The translations under genes and the position numbers were made by a program. A stretch of 64,000 bases of DNA from Acidobacteriota bacterium (lineage in GTDB: Bacteria > Acidobacteriota > UBA6911 > RPQK01 > JAJDTT01): contig OZ253580.1 in the NCBI GenBank assembly GCA_965263035.1, positions 1,504,001 through 1,568,000 on the forward strand, given 5' to 3'. Position 1 is the first letter of the stretch. Every line of letters starts with the position of its first letter. Shown piece by piece: positions 49,029 to 57,937 of this stretch. The notes beneath the pieces are model-generated. The model was not told the origin of the DNA and ran no database searches. It worked only from the letters and a program-made list of their open reading frames with translations.

Positions 49029-51139
49029 GTCTGGGCGACGATCTCCAGCAGCTCCTCGCCATAGCGGCCGATCTTCGCCGGACCCAGTCCCTTGATGCTC
49101 TCCAGCTCGGGCAGCCGTTGGGGCCGGACGGCGGCCACCAGCTTCAAGGTGGCATCGTGAAGTACCGTGTAGGGCGGAATCCGAGCTTGGCGGGCCCGGT
49201 TCGTCCTCCACGATCTCAGTCTCTCGAACAAGGCTTCATCGTATGCCAGGTCGGTCGCCTCCGATCGACCCGCCCTGGTCTTGGCCTGCGGCCGTTTTCG
49301 GGGCGAAGTCGGCCAGGAGATCTCCACCGGCTCCTCCCGAAGCATGACGCGGCGACCCCGGGGCGTGATGGAAATCACCGGGTACTCTCCGGAAGAAACG
49401 CGGACACAACAGTCCCGGATCAGCTCTTCCAGGATTCCCCGCAAGTAGGTTTGCCCGTGGCCTTGGAGCAGTCCGTAGGTCGAGAGCCGGTCCAGGCCGC
49501 GGTCCACAATCTCCTGCGCCTTCGATCCCATCAGCACCTGGAGCACCTTGGCCAGTCCGAACCTGCCCTGCATCCGCGCCACGCAGCTCAGGGCCTTCTG
49601 CAGCACGACCCACTCTTCCTGGGTCGGTTCCCGGGTCTCTCCCGCGGAGAAACGGCGGCACCGGTCGCAGTTGGCGCACTGAGAGGCCGCCTCCCGGTCC
49701 CCGAAGTAGCCCAGGATGTAGCCATGCCGGCAACGGGTCGTATTGACGTAGCCGAGGATGTCCCTCAACTTTCCCCGGTCTCGGCGGCGCTTCTCATCCA
49801 GATAGGAGGACTCTTGGTCCAGGAGGACATCGTCCCGGCCGGCCAAGAGAGATATGGAGATCTGCCCACCGGGTGCCGGTTCCTGCCGGATCAGTCCGCT
49901 CCGCTCCAGCAGCGAGAAGAGGCTCCGAATCGACAACTCGCTGGTGTCTGGAGAGATTTCCCGGGTCCATGCCGACAATGGCTGGATTCGTGGCTCCTCC
50001 TGGGAACAGGTTCGCCGCAAGACGCTCCAGGTTCGCGCCAGGAGAAAGGGCTCCGGGTTGGCGGCTTCCAGAAAGAACTCCTGGGTCCGAACGTCAGCAT
50101 AGTTGTAGAGGAGTTCGCAGAGCGCGGGCGACCCGTCACGGCCGGCCCGGCCGACCTCCTGGTAGTAGGCCTCGACGCTGCCCGGCAGGTCCCAATGCAC
50201 CACGAAATGAAGATCCGCTCGGTCCACGCCCATGCCGAAAGCGTTGGTGGCCACCACGACCGGGTCCTCCTTGCCCATGAACCGATCCTGGACGGCCTGG
50301 CGCTCCCGGTCCGGCAGGCCCGCATGATAGAGGCCCGCCTTCCTCCCGGCGTCCCGCAGCAGGGAATGGACCCGCTCCGTCTGTTTCCGGGTGGCGCAGT
50401 AGACGATTCCGGATTCCCATTCGTCCAGGATCTCGATCACCCGGTCCAACTTGGCCTGGTGGTTCGCTGTTCTGGAGACCACGAGCCGGAGATTGGGCCG
50501 TTCCAGGCCGTAAACCAGAAGCCGGGGCTCGGGTCGGTCTTCCTGCCCCAGGCCCAGCTGTTGCACGATGTCCTCGCGAACGTAGGGAGTGGCCGTGGCG
50601 GTCAAGGCCATGACCCGGGCCCGCGGGAACAGGGTCAGGACCGGCGCCAGACGCAGGTACTCGGGACGGAAGTCGTGCCCCCAGTGACTGATGCAGTGGG
50701 CCTCGTCCACGGCGACCAGGGAAACCGTGCGGCTCTGCAAAACCTCCATGAACCGGCGATTCCGGAAGCGCTCCGGCGCCACGTAGATCAACTTGTACGA
50801 TCCCCGCTCTAATTCCCGGATGCGGTGATCCATTTCCCGCCAGGTCAGAGAGGAGTTGATGAAGGCGGCCGGCAGCCCCCGCGCCACGAGCCCGTCCACC
50901 TGATCCTTCATGAGGGCGATCAAGGGGGAGACCACCACCGTGACCCCCTCCAGCAGCAGCGCCGTCAACTGGTAGCAGAGAGATTTCCCCCTGCCCGTCG
51001 GCATGATCACGATGGAATCGTCGCCGTTCAGGGTATGAAGAATGGTCTCTTCCTGTCCCGGAAGAAACGAGGGGAAGCCGAAATGCTCCTCCAGTGCCGC
51101 CCGCAGGTCGGGCGGAGACACGGATGAGTTGGCCTCCAT
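48998..51139 (-). CDS. recQ: ATP-dependent DNA helicase RecQ with HRDC domain
   Basis: MPTGRGKSLCYQ, DEAHCISHWGHDFR, LTATAT, AFGMGVD, QEVGRAGRDG, Zn-binding CANCDRC, C-terminal HRDC. Confidence 0.94.
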   Translation of the reverse strand: MEANSSVSPPDLRAALEEHFGFPSFLPGQEETILHTLNGDDSIVIMPTGRGKSLCYQLTALLLEGVTVVVSPLIALMKDQVDGLVARGLPAAFINSSLTWREMDHRIRELERGSYKLIYVAPERFRNRRFMEVLQSRTVSLVAVDEAHCISHWGHDFRPEYLRLAPVLTLFPRARVMALTATATPYVREDIVQQLGLGQEDRPEPRLLVYGLERPNLRLVVSRTANHQAKLDRVIEILDEWESGIVYCATRKQTERVHSLLRDAGRKAGLYHAGLPDRERQAVQDRFMGKEDPVVVATNAFGMGVDRADLHFVVHWDLPGSVEAYYQEVGRAGRDGSPALCELLYNYADVRTQEFFLEAANPEPFLLARTWSVLRRTCSQEEPRIQPLSAWTREISPDTSELSIRSLFSLLERSGLIRQEPAPGGQISISLLAGRDDVLLDQESSYLDEKRRRDRGKLRDILGYVNTTRCRHGYILGYFGDREAASQCANCDRCRRFSAGETREPTQEEWVVLQKALSCVARMQGRFGLAKVLQVLMGSKAQEIVDRGLDRLSTYGLLQGHGQTYLRGILEELIRDCCVRVSSGEYPVISITPRGRRVMLREEPVEISWPTSPRKRPQAKTRAGRSEATDLAYDEALFERLRSWRTNRARQARIPPYTVLHDATLKLVAAVRPQRLPELESIKGLGPAKIGRYGEELLEIVAQTQSAPSPKTT

Positions 51140-51266
51140 GGAGCACAAAATGGAATCACCCCCGGCGGTGAGGACCGAACCGTTCAACCTTACAAGAAAA
51201 GGCTGGCAAGGGGACGATTTCAGACCCGCAACCCGATATCCTCCCGATTCGGGAGACTGGCCGGGC

Positions 51267-52250
51267 TCAGATTCCAATCAGCGGCTTGAGATACCGGGCG
51301 CTACGCGCCACCGCCTCCTCCACCGGCATGACGCCGGCGAAGGCCTGGTGGACGGTCACGTAGCCTCCATACCCGATGGCGTCGAGGCCGCGAAAGACCT
51401 CCTCGAAATCGACGCCTCCTGCTTCCCACAGACCGATGTGGTCCACCGCGACGCCGCCGCGGCCCCAGGTCTCGACCACCGTCACCCCGGAGGGAGTCAG
51501 GAGGTGGTTCTGAACATAGACGTTCATGAGCCAGGGCTCGAGACGGCGGATGGTTTCGGCTCCGTAGTCCTCCCCGGCGATGAACCAGTTGGCCGGTTCG
51601 TAGATGATGCCGAAGTTGGAACGGTCGACCCGCTTGAGGACGTCCAGTGAGCCTTCGACCGTCTCGAACAGACTGGCGCAATGCGCCTGGTGAGCGAGCC
51701 GGATCCCCCGCTCCCGGGCTTCGTCCGAGGCGCGGGCGGCCCATTCGATATCTGCTTCCTTCTTCATGCAGATCCGGATCAGATCGGAGCCCAGGGCCTC
51801 GGCCAGATCCAGGAAGGGCGTGATGTTGCGGAGTCCGCCCGGGCCCTGCTCATCGTTTCGGGGAACGGCGAAATCGCCGGTGACCATGGAGACGGCCAGG
51901 TCCGCCTGAGCGACGGAGCGAGCCGCTTCCCGTACTCTCTCTTGCGGCGAGTGGATGCCCACCTGAGACGCCCGCATGCAGACGGCCCCGTACCCGTGCT
52001 CTTGGGCCAGACCGATGATCTGGTCCAGTGTCAGGTCCGCCCTTTCCTTGGAACTGAAGGATTCGGCCACTCGTGCAGACAGGGATAGCTTCATGGTGTC
52101 CTCGCTGGTCGATTTCGGCGGGGGCGATTTCTCAGCCGGAGGACGGCAACCGCCCAGAAAACTCAGGGCACCCAATCCCAGAAACCCTTCCAGCAGCTGT
52201 CGTCGAGTTGGCGCCATTGATTCGTTCCAGACGATTTCCGGTTCTGTCAT
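51267..52250 (-). CDS. Sugar phosphate isomerase/epimerase (TIM barrel) with Tat-lipoprotein-like signal
   Basis: TRRQLL...LGGC; YEPANW, G.VDF, GYGGYVTVH. Confidence 0.8.
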   Translation of the reverse strand: MTEPEIVWNESMAPTRRQLLEGFLGLGALSFLGGCRPPAEKSPPPKSTSEDTMKLSLSARVAESFSSKERADLTLDQIIGLAQEHGYGAVCMRASQVGIHSPQERVREAARSVAQADLAVSMVTGDFAVPRNDEQGPGGLRNITPFLDLAEALGSDLIRICMKKEADIEWAARASDEARERGIRLAHQAHCASLFETVEGSLDVLKRVDRSNFGIIYEPANWFIAGEDYGAETIRRLEPWLMNVYVQNHLLTPSGVTVVETWGRGGVAVDHIGLWEAGGVDFEEVFRGLDAIGYGGYVTVHQAFAGVMPVEEAVARSARYLKPLIGI

Positions 52251-52257
52251 CGGCTAA

Positions 52258-52418
52258 CAGTCCGTGGTGAAAGTCCCGCGTAGCACCGAGACCGTTCCTG
52301 CGCCCGCCGGACCAGGCGCGGTGAGGGAGCATATTCGACCATATGTGACCGAGGCGCAACGCAGTCCGCGCACGATGCAGACCCGGTCGAATGCCGCGAC
52401 GACTTTTACCACGGGCTG
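52258..52418 (-). mobile_element. MITE-like palindromic repeat, copy 5
   Basis: Flanked by a perfect 4-bp direct repeat CTAA (52254-52257 and 52419-52422). Confidence 0.9.
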
Positions 52419-53491
52419 CTAAGGCTCACTTCCACTCTCCGACTGGGCCGGTGGGTCCTGCCTCCAGCCAGTTGCTCGGCGATCTGGACGGCGTTGAGGG
52501 CCGCCCCCTTTCGGATCTGATCGCCGCAGACGAACAGGTTCAGGCCGTGGAGGCCGTTCCTCCCGGAGCGGCTGATATCGGAGCGAATCCGGCCCACAAA
52601 CACGTCGTCCCGTCCGGACGAGTCCAGCGGGGTGGGAAAACGGTTGCCGGTCCGATCGTCCAGGACCGAGACACCGGGAGCGTTCGCCAGCAGGCTCCTG
52701 GCCTGGTCCGCATCGAGGGGCTCCTCCGACTCCAGGTTGATGCTCTCGGCATGGGCGCGCATGACGGGAACCCGCACACAGGTGGCGGTGATGGCGACCG
52801 AGGAATCGCCCCAGATCTTGTGGGATTCCCGAACCATCTTCATTTCTTCCGAGTTGTACCCCTCGGGTCCGATTCCCGAGTCGTGGCTGAAGAGATTGAA
52901 GGCGTACTGCTGGCGGAAGATCTCGCAAGTGGGGGGCCGGCCGGCCAGCACCTCGCGGGTCTGCTGCTCCAGTTCGGCCATGGCCGCGGCCCCGGCGCCG
53001 CTGGCGGCCTGGTAGGTGCTCACTACGATGCGCCGTACCCGGACGGCGCGGTGTATGGGAGTCACCGGCACGATCATGATGATGGTCGAGCAGTTGGGGT
53101 TGGCGATGATCCCGCCGCGGCCCAACTCCACGCCCTCCAGGGCTTCCGGATTCACTTCCGGAACCACCAAGGGGATGCCTTCCGTCATCCGGAAGGCCGA
53201 GCTGTTGTCGACGACGGTGGCTCCGGCCTCGGCGGCCAGGGGAGCGAACTTGCGGCTGATGGACGCGCCGGCGCTGAACAGGGCCAGCTCCACGTCCCGG
53301 AAGCTATCCTCCGTCAGTTCCTCGACGGTGTGGGGCTTTCCCTGGAATTCAATGGTCTTGCCCGCGCTACGGCGGCTGGCGAGAAGCTTGAGACGGCCCA
53401 CGGGAAAACGCCGCTCGGCCAGCAGGCGGACGAACTCCCGCCCCACGGCCCCGGTCGCACCCACGATGGCTACGCTCGTATTGCCCGACAC
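52406..53491 (-). CDS. asd: Aspartate-semialdehyde dehydrogenase
   Basis: VGATGAVG, DNSSAFR, PEVN, ANPNCST, STYQAASGAG, CVRVPV..H, DQIRKGAALNA; SD GGAGG before the GTG start. Confidence 0.96.
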   Translation of the reverse strand: MSGNTSVAIVGATGAVGREFVRLLAERRFPVGRLKLLASRRSAGKTIEFQGKPHTVEELTEDSFRDVELALFSAGASISRKFAPLAAEAGATVVDNSSAFRMTEGIPLVVPEVNPEALEGVELGRGGIIANPNCSTIIMIVPVTPIHRAVRVRRIVVSTYQAASGAGAAAMAELEQQTREVLAGRPPTCEIFRQQYAFNLFSHDSGIGPEGYNSEEMKMVRESHKIWGDSSVAITATCVRVPVMRAHAESINLESEEPLDADQARSLLANAPGVSVLDDRTGNRFPTPLDSSGRDDVFVGRIRSDISRSGRNGLHGLNLFVCGDQIRKGAALNAVQIAEQLAGGRTHRPSRRVEVSLSSPW

Positions 53492-53581
53492 GACACACCT
53501 CCGTATTGAACGCCCACCCGGGGCAACAGTCGTCGCAGCCTCCAGCCGGCGCGACGGCAACTTCTTGCCACGAAAGGGTAA

Positions 53582-53612
53582 ACAGCCCGTGACGACGTTG
53601 CCCACGGGCTGT
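53582..53612. repeat. Hairpin built from MITE-like terminal sequence (possible terminator)
   Basis: ACAGCCCGTG-11 nt-CACGGGCTGT, a perfect 10-bp stem. Confidence 0.55.
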
Positions 53613-53685
53613 CAACGTGAAGCGAGAGTATACCAGGATGCCCGCCGTTGAAGTTCCGGGAGGCGGGGTGGAGGGAGGCTGCTGC

Positions 53686-54531
53686 TCAGTTCAGCAGCGT
53701 CGCCTTCTTGATGTAGTCCAGCTTGGGAAAATCCCGCTTGAGATAGCTGTTGCCTTCGGCGCGAATCCGCCCCTGACCCGGTCCCCGGCCCGAGGGAGCC
53801 CCCTCGCCGTACCCCTTGTAGACGGAGTCCACCACCTCCATCCCTTCGATGACTTGTCCGAAGGGAGAAAAGCCGTAGCTGTCCAGGCTCCCGTTGTCCT
53901 TGTAGTTGATGAAGAACTGCACCGAACGGGAGTGGGGCATGTTGGTCTTGGCGAAGGAAATGTACCCCCGATGGTTCGACTTCACCACCGGGTCGTCCTG
54001 GATGTTGGCGGCGCTCCACTTCTGCCCGATGGCCGGATCGCCATGCATGCCGAACTGGGCCATGAACCCTTCGATCACTCGGAAGAAGGCGATATTCCGG
54101 AAGTAGCCGATTTTCACCAGGTTGTAGAAACGGTCCGCGCCTTGAGGCGACCATTCCCGGGTCACCTCGACCAGGAAGCTCCCCTTGGTGGTTTCGAACT
54201 TGGCCTTGAAGGTGGCGGGAGCCTTCCCGTTGGCCAGGGAAGGATTCCGTAGAGCGGGATTGGGCCCCTTCAAGGGCCGAGGTGGCTTGTCCATTTTGAC
54301 GGGCTCCGGTTTCGGTTTGTCGGGTTCCTTGGCAGGCTCCGGCGGGGTTGCATCCGCAACGTCGCCGGCCGCTTCCTCGGCGGTTATCTTGTCGCCCGCA
54401 TCGGCCACGGCCGCGGCCTCGTCGGCCGCAGGCGGCTCCGAGGAATCGGCTTCATCGGAGACAGGCGCACTACAGGAGAGCGAAAGCAACAACAAGAAAA
54501 ACGCACAATACTCCAATCGCCTTGCATGCAT
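53686..54531 (-). CDS. Cyclophilin-type peptidyl-prolyl isomerase, lipoprotein
   Basis: LSLSC lipobox, Pro/Ala linker, FFRVIEGFMAQFG, QFFIN, FGQVIEGM. Confidence 0.93.
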   Translation of the reverse strand: MHARRLEYCAFFLLLLSLSCSAPVSDEADSSEPPAADEAAAVADAGDKITAEEAAGDVADATPPEPAKEPDKPKPEPVKMDKPPRPLKGPNPALRNPSLANGKAPATFKAKFETTKGSFLVEVTREWSPQGADRFYNLVKIGYFRNIAFFRVIEGFMAQFGMHGDPAIGQKWSAANIQDDPVVKSNHRGYISFAKTNMPHSRSVQFFINYKDNGSLDSYGFSPFGQVIEGMEVVDSVYKGYGEGAPSGRGPGQGRIRAEGNSYLKRDFPKLDYIKKATLLN

Positions 54532-54672
54532 GTTTCTTTATCTCCTTCATGGTTTCCGTTTCCGGTCCTCTCTCCAGACCGTCGATTATTGCCCGGCAGA
54601 GGGTTCGGTTCAAGAGAAACGGGTTCGAAGCCAAACTCGAATTCGTAGTGCCCAATTTCCAAGCCGCGTTTC

Positions 54673-54701
54673 TTGACACCTTACTCAGACGTCCATAGTT
54701 T
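54673..54701 (+). promoter_or_regulatory. Sigma70-type promoter
   Basis: TTGACA (54673-54678), 17 bp spacer, TAGTTT (54696-54701), then SD GGAGG and ATG 54721. Confidence 0.6.
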
Positions 54702-54720
54702 GATGCAGGGAGGTAGGCAA

Positions 54721-56376
54721 ATGCAGCAGAGGCGGCTTCGAGGGTCGGATAGAGAGGTCGGTGGATCCCCGACCGGGGCCGGAACCGGCTCACGGTTCGT
54801 TGCGGGCGCCCTTTCGGCATGGCTTGCCTTCGCGGGAATGGCGGCGGCGGGCTCTGCAGGCCTCCTTCATATCGGCGGAAACAAGCAACTTTTCATCGAC
54901 GACCACGTCATCCAGAGTCTCAGCCACGCCAAGCAGATCCTCAACCCGGCCGTCAAACATCCGGCAAACCCCCTCTTGAAGCAGGACCGTCCCTGGGAGG
55001 GTCATTACGTCGGGCTCCAACGGATGATCTACGACCCGGACCGGGGCATGTACCGGATGTGGTACCGGACAACCGGAGCGTTCGAGTCCCAGAAGGGGGG
55101 CGCCGATCGGCTCAGACCCTACCGCTGGGACTGGAGCCTGAAGGACGGAAAAGCGGTCCGCAGCAAGGTGGAGGAGGTCTACGGTTACAAGCAATACGCC
55201 GACGGCCGGGATTGGCTCATCTGTTACGCCACCTCCCGGGACGGCATCCATTGGGAGAAACCGAACCTGGGCCAGGTGGAGTTCGAGGGCTCCCGCGACA
55301 ACAACATCCTACCGCCCGGGACCCTGGTCCCCCTGTTTCGGGACGGGCACGAAACCGATCCCGCCAAGCGCTACAAGTCCATGAGGTCCGAGGGCACGAC
55401 TCCCACCGTCTGGAAGCCGGGAATGACGCCGGGGATGCGGCAAAGCCTCTACTACTCGCCCGACGGCTTCAAATGGACGCCGTACGAGAACAACCCGGTG
55501 ATCGACACCGCCCCCAAGATCGGACGGTGGGGACCCACCTCACACATGGGCTGGGACCCCATCCGGCAGGTCTACGCCGTGTTCATGGAGCAGTGCCTGC
55601 ACCGGGGCTGCCCCCGGGGGCAGCGGATCATCGGCCGGGCCGAGAGTCCCGACATGACCCGATGGACCCCGGATCAGAACGTCCTGATCCAGGACGAGTT
55701 GGATTATCCGGACACGGAGTTCTACTCCATGCCGGTCATGGCCTACGAGGGAATTTACATCGGTCTGCCCTGGATCTTTCGAACAACCAATACGCTCCAT
55801 TACCCCCAACTGGCCTTCAGCCGGGACGGGATCCGTTTCGAGCGTCCGTACCGCGAGCCCTTCCTGCAGGTGGGTGACAAAGGGGATTTCGACGAGAGCA
55901 CCATCTACGTGCACCAGCCCATGGTCCGTGACGGCGAGATCCGGATCTACTATTACGGCGGCAACTGGAGGGGATCCGAGGCGCTTTACGGGCAGGGAGA
56001 CCGGGCCATGTTCGCCGTGGCTCTGGCCACGGTTCGCGAGGACGGGTTCGTCTCCGTGGACGCCGGCAAGATCCACCCCGGAGTCCTCACGACCCGCTTC
56101 CTCAGCTTCGAGGGCCGCCGTCTGGTGGTGAGCCTGGAGGCCGCCAAGCACAACCACGGCTCGGGACGTCCCGAGGTCCGGGTCGAGATCATCGGAAACG
56201 ACCACCATCCCATCCCGGGCTATACGCTGGCCGAGTCCGATCCGGCCCGCGTAACCGGGAAGCACGTCATGAGCTGGCGGGGAAAGACGGAACTGGGGGC
56301 CCTGGCCGGAACCCCGGTGCAGCTGCGCTTCGTGATTCGAAACGCCAAGCTCTTCTCGTTCCAGTTCCGACCCTGA
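54721..56376 (+). CDS. Secreted beta-propeller glycoside-hydrolase-like protein (GH32/43-like, uncharacterised)
   Basis: Signal peptide; QLFIDD, YATSRDGIHWEKP.LG, SPDGFKW, SRDGIRF, REDGFVS, C-terminal LFSFQF. Confidence 0.75.
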   Translation: MQQRRLRGSDREVGGSPTGAGTGSRFVAGALSAWLAFAGMAAAGSAGLLHIGGNKQLFIDDHVIQSLSHAKQILNPAVKHPANPLLKQDRPWEGHYVGLQRMIYDPDRGMYRMWYRTTGAFESQKGGADRLRPYRWDWSLKDGKAVRSKVEEVYGYKQYADGRDWLICYATSRDGIHWEKPNLGQVEFEGSRDNNILPPGTLVPLFRDGHETDPAKRYKSMRSEGTTPTVWKPGMTPGMRQSLYYSPDGFKWTPYENNPVIDTAPKIGRWGPTSHMGWDPIRQVYAVFMEQCLHRGCPRGQRIIGRAESPDMTRWTPDQNVLIQDELDYPDTEFYSMPVMAYEGIYIGLPWIFRTTNTLHYPQLAFSRDGIRFERPYREPFLQVGDKGDFDESTIYVHQPMVRDGEIRIYYYGGNWRGSEALYGQGDRAMFAVALATVREDGFVSVDAGKIHPGVLTTRFLSFEGRRLVVSLEAAKHNHGSGRPEVRVEIIGNDHHPIPGYTLAESDPARVTGKHVMSWRGKTELGALAGTPVQLRFVIRNAKLFSFQFRP

Positions 56377-56414
56377 ACTGACCCAGCCGCTCACCGCTGA
56401 GAAATCACAAATCC

Positions 56415-56468
56415 CGACAGAAAGGGACAGTCGCTGCGACACGACAGAAGCGACAGAAAGGGACAGTC
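56415..56468 (+). repeat. 18-bp direct repeat CGACAGAAAGGGACAGTC x2 (REP-like)
   Basis: Exact copies at 56415-56432 and 56451-56468; an inverted related copy lies at 57748. Confidence 0.8.
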
Positions 56469-56678
56469 TTGAGAACAGTCTTTTTCTTCTTTCCGATTCT
56501 GTGTCGTGATTCTTGGGAATCCCGCCCGGAAGCAGCGCAGTGAACCTATGGCCAAAGGATGGAAGTCCGGAGGACATTCCACACACTAAGGAGGACAATT
56601 CAGTCTATTAGGCGGTTCCAGTGATCTGGGTCGTTCGGTGCCACGGTGGCAGAATCGACGGTCGGAAATCAGGCGAGT

Positions 56679-57614
56679 CTACGAGACGAAGGCATTCGAG
56701 CGCTGCTCCCGCAAGGAAAACAGCGCTCCGCCCAGTTGGGGGATGGGGTGTCGGCGACGTCGATATCGACCTTGCTGCCGATAAGTCTCCAGCAGTTGCG
56801 CCACCTTCTCTGCCGGCCCGACGGCCAATCCGTCCGTCAGAAATCGCAAACGCCGGCGAAAAGCTCCGGGACGGGTAAATCCACGTCGCTGCTCCTGATG
56901 GAGGATCCACCGGGGGATCGCGGCCTGGTCCTCCCGGGTGGGGACGGCTCCTCGATAGTACAAGCGAGCCCGGTAACTGCTGTACAGGTCCGTTCCGGGA
57001 TCCGAAGGGAACAGTTCCTCCAGTGGAATCAGGTCTTGGTCCTTGCCGGTGAGTCTCCAGCGGGCCGAGCCCCACTTCCACTGCTCGGGCCTTTTGACCA
57101 GTCCGGCCCGGACGGCATTGAGTTCCACGTAGAGGATGGCATCCTGGACGGCTTGGCGTCCCAGGAGTTCCGGGTTCTTGAAACGATCACCCCCAAAATG
57201 GCCTCGCCGTGCAAACTCGTGGTTGAACCACGTGGCATATTGCCCGTCCAAGTTCGCCATCAGTTTGGACACGTCAAATAGACGCTGGTTGAAAGCCTCC
57301 CATTGGGCGTCGGTCCAACGGGCAGTTTTCACCTCTGCCTGTCGTCCATAAAGTATGTGGGCGCTCTCCCACAACTCCTCGCGGGACAAGGGGCGGGGTT
57401 TCTCAAAATGGACGATGAAGTGGAAATGATTACCCATGATCTGGAAGGCGGCCAAACGACACCGGTAGACAGCCACATAGAACAACATCATGTTCAGGAG
57501 TTTGCGACGGGCTTGCCGGTTTTCAAAGGGGAACCAATCAGTCCAGCCGGTGACTCGATTGGTGAGGTGATAGAAGGCGGCTTCTGAGCTCTTGTGTCGT
57601 GCGGTTCGGGCCAT
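56679..57614 (-). mobile_element. HUH Y1 (IS200/RAYT-like) transposase
   Basis: YHLTNR, MGNHFH (HUH), WFN...RRGH...RFK, YVELNAVRAG (catalytic Tyr), W.WGS; lower-GC flanks. Confidence 0.85.
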
Positions 57615-57738
57615 GGCCACGGTCCTCGGTTCACCGGACTCGGACTCAGCAGGGATGGGTTCGCACCTCTGATGACAACAACGATTCGGATCTGAGAAAG
57701 GCGAAGGAAACTCAAGAAAATCAGCAAATCTAATGACC

Positions 57739-57766
57739 GGAAAAATAGACTGTCCCCTTTTTTTCC
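57739..57766 (-). repeat. REP-like copy upstream of the transposase
   Basis: GGAAAAATAGACTGTCCCCTTTTTTTCC; minus strand AAAGGGGACAGTC matches the 56415 repeat core. Confidence 0.6.
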
Positions 57767-57937
57767 GTGAATATCCGGTGGATTGCCAAGCCCCGCTATC
57801 GCCGGTGATTCTGGGGTTGGGCACTATTGTTAGTAATCCCCTAAATGTCGGCTCATTTTTGCTATCAATGGACAAATTGCATCCATTCCAAGCAACTTCC
57901 CCCCCCCACCGACACTTATTTTCTCTTTCCTTTCCGA

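Noticed and set aside
45873-50812. 789-aa minus-strand and 905-aa plus-strand ORFs
   Set aside because: Shadow frames of the kinase fusion, nagA and recQ.
56415-56480. Possible mini-CRISPR
   Set aside because: Only two 18-bp repeats with an 18-bp spacer and no cas genes.
56679-57614. HUH transposase as the mobiliser of the 160-bp MITE
   Set aside because: Terminal inverted repeats and 4-bp duplications point to a DDE enzyme; HUH enzymes do not create TSDs, and no MITE copy flanks this gene.
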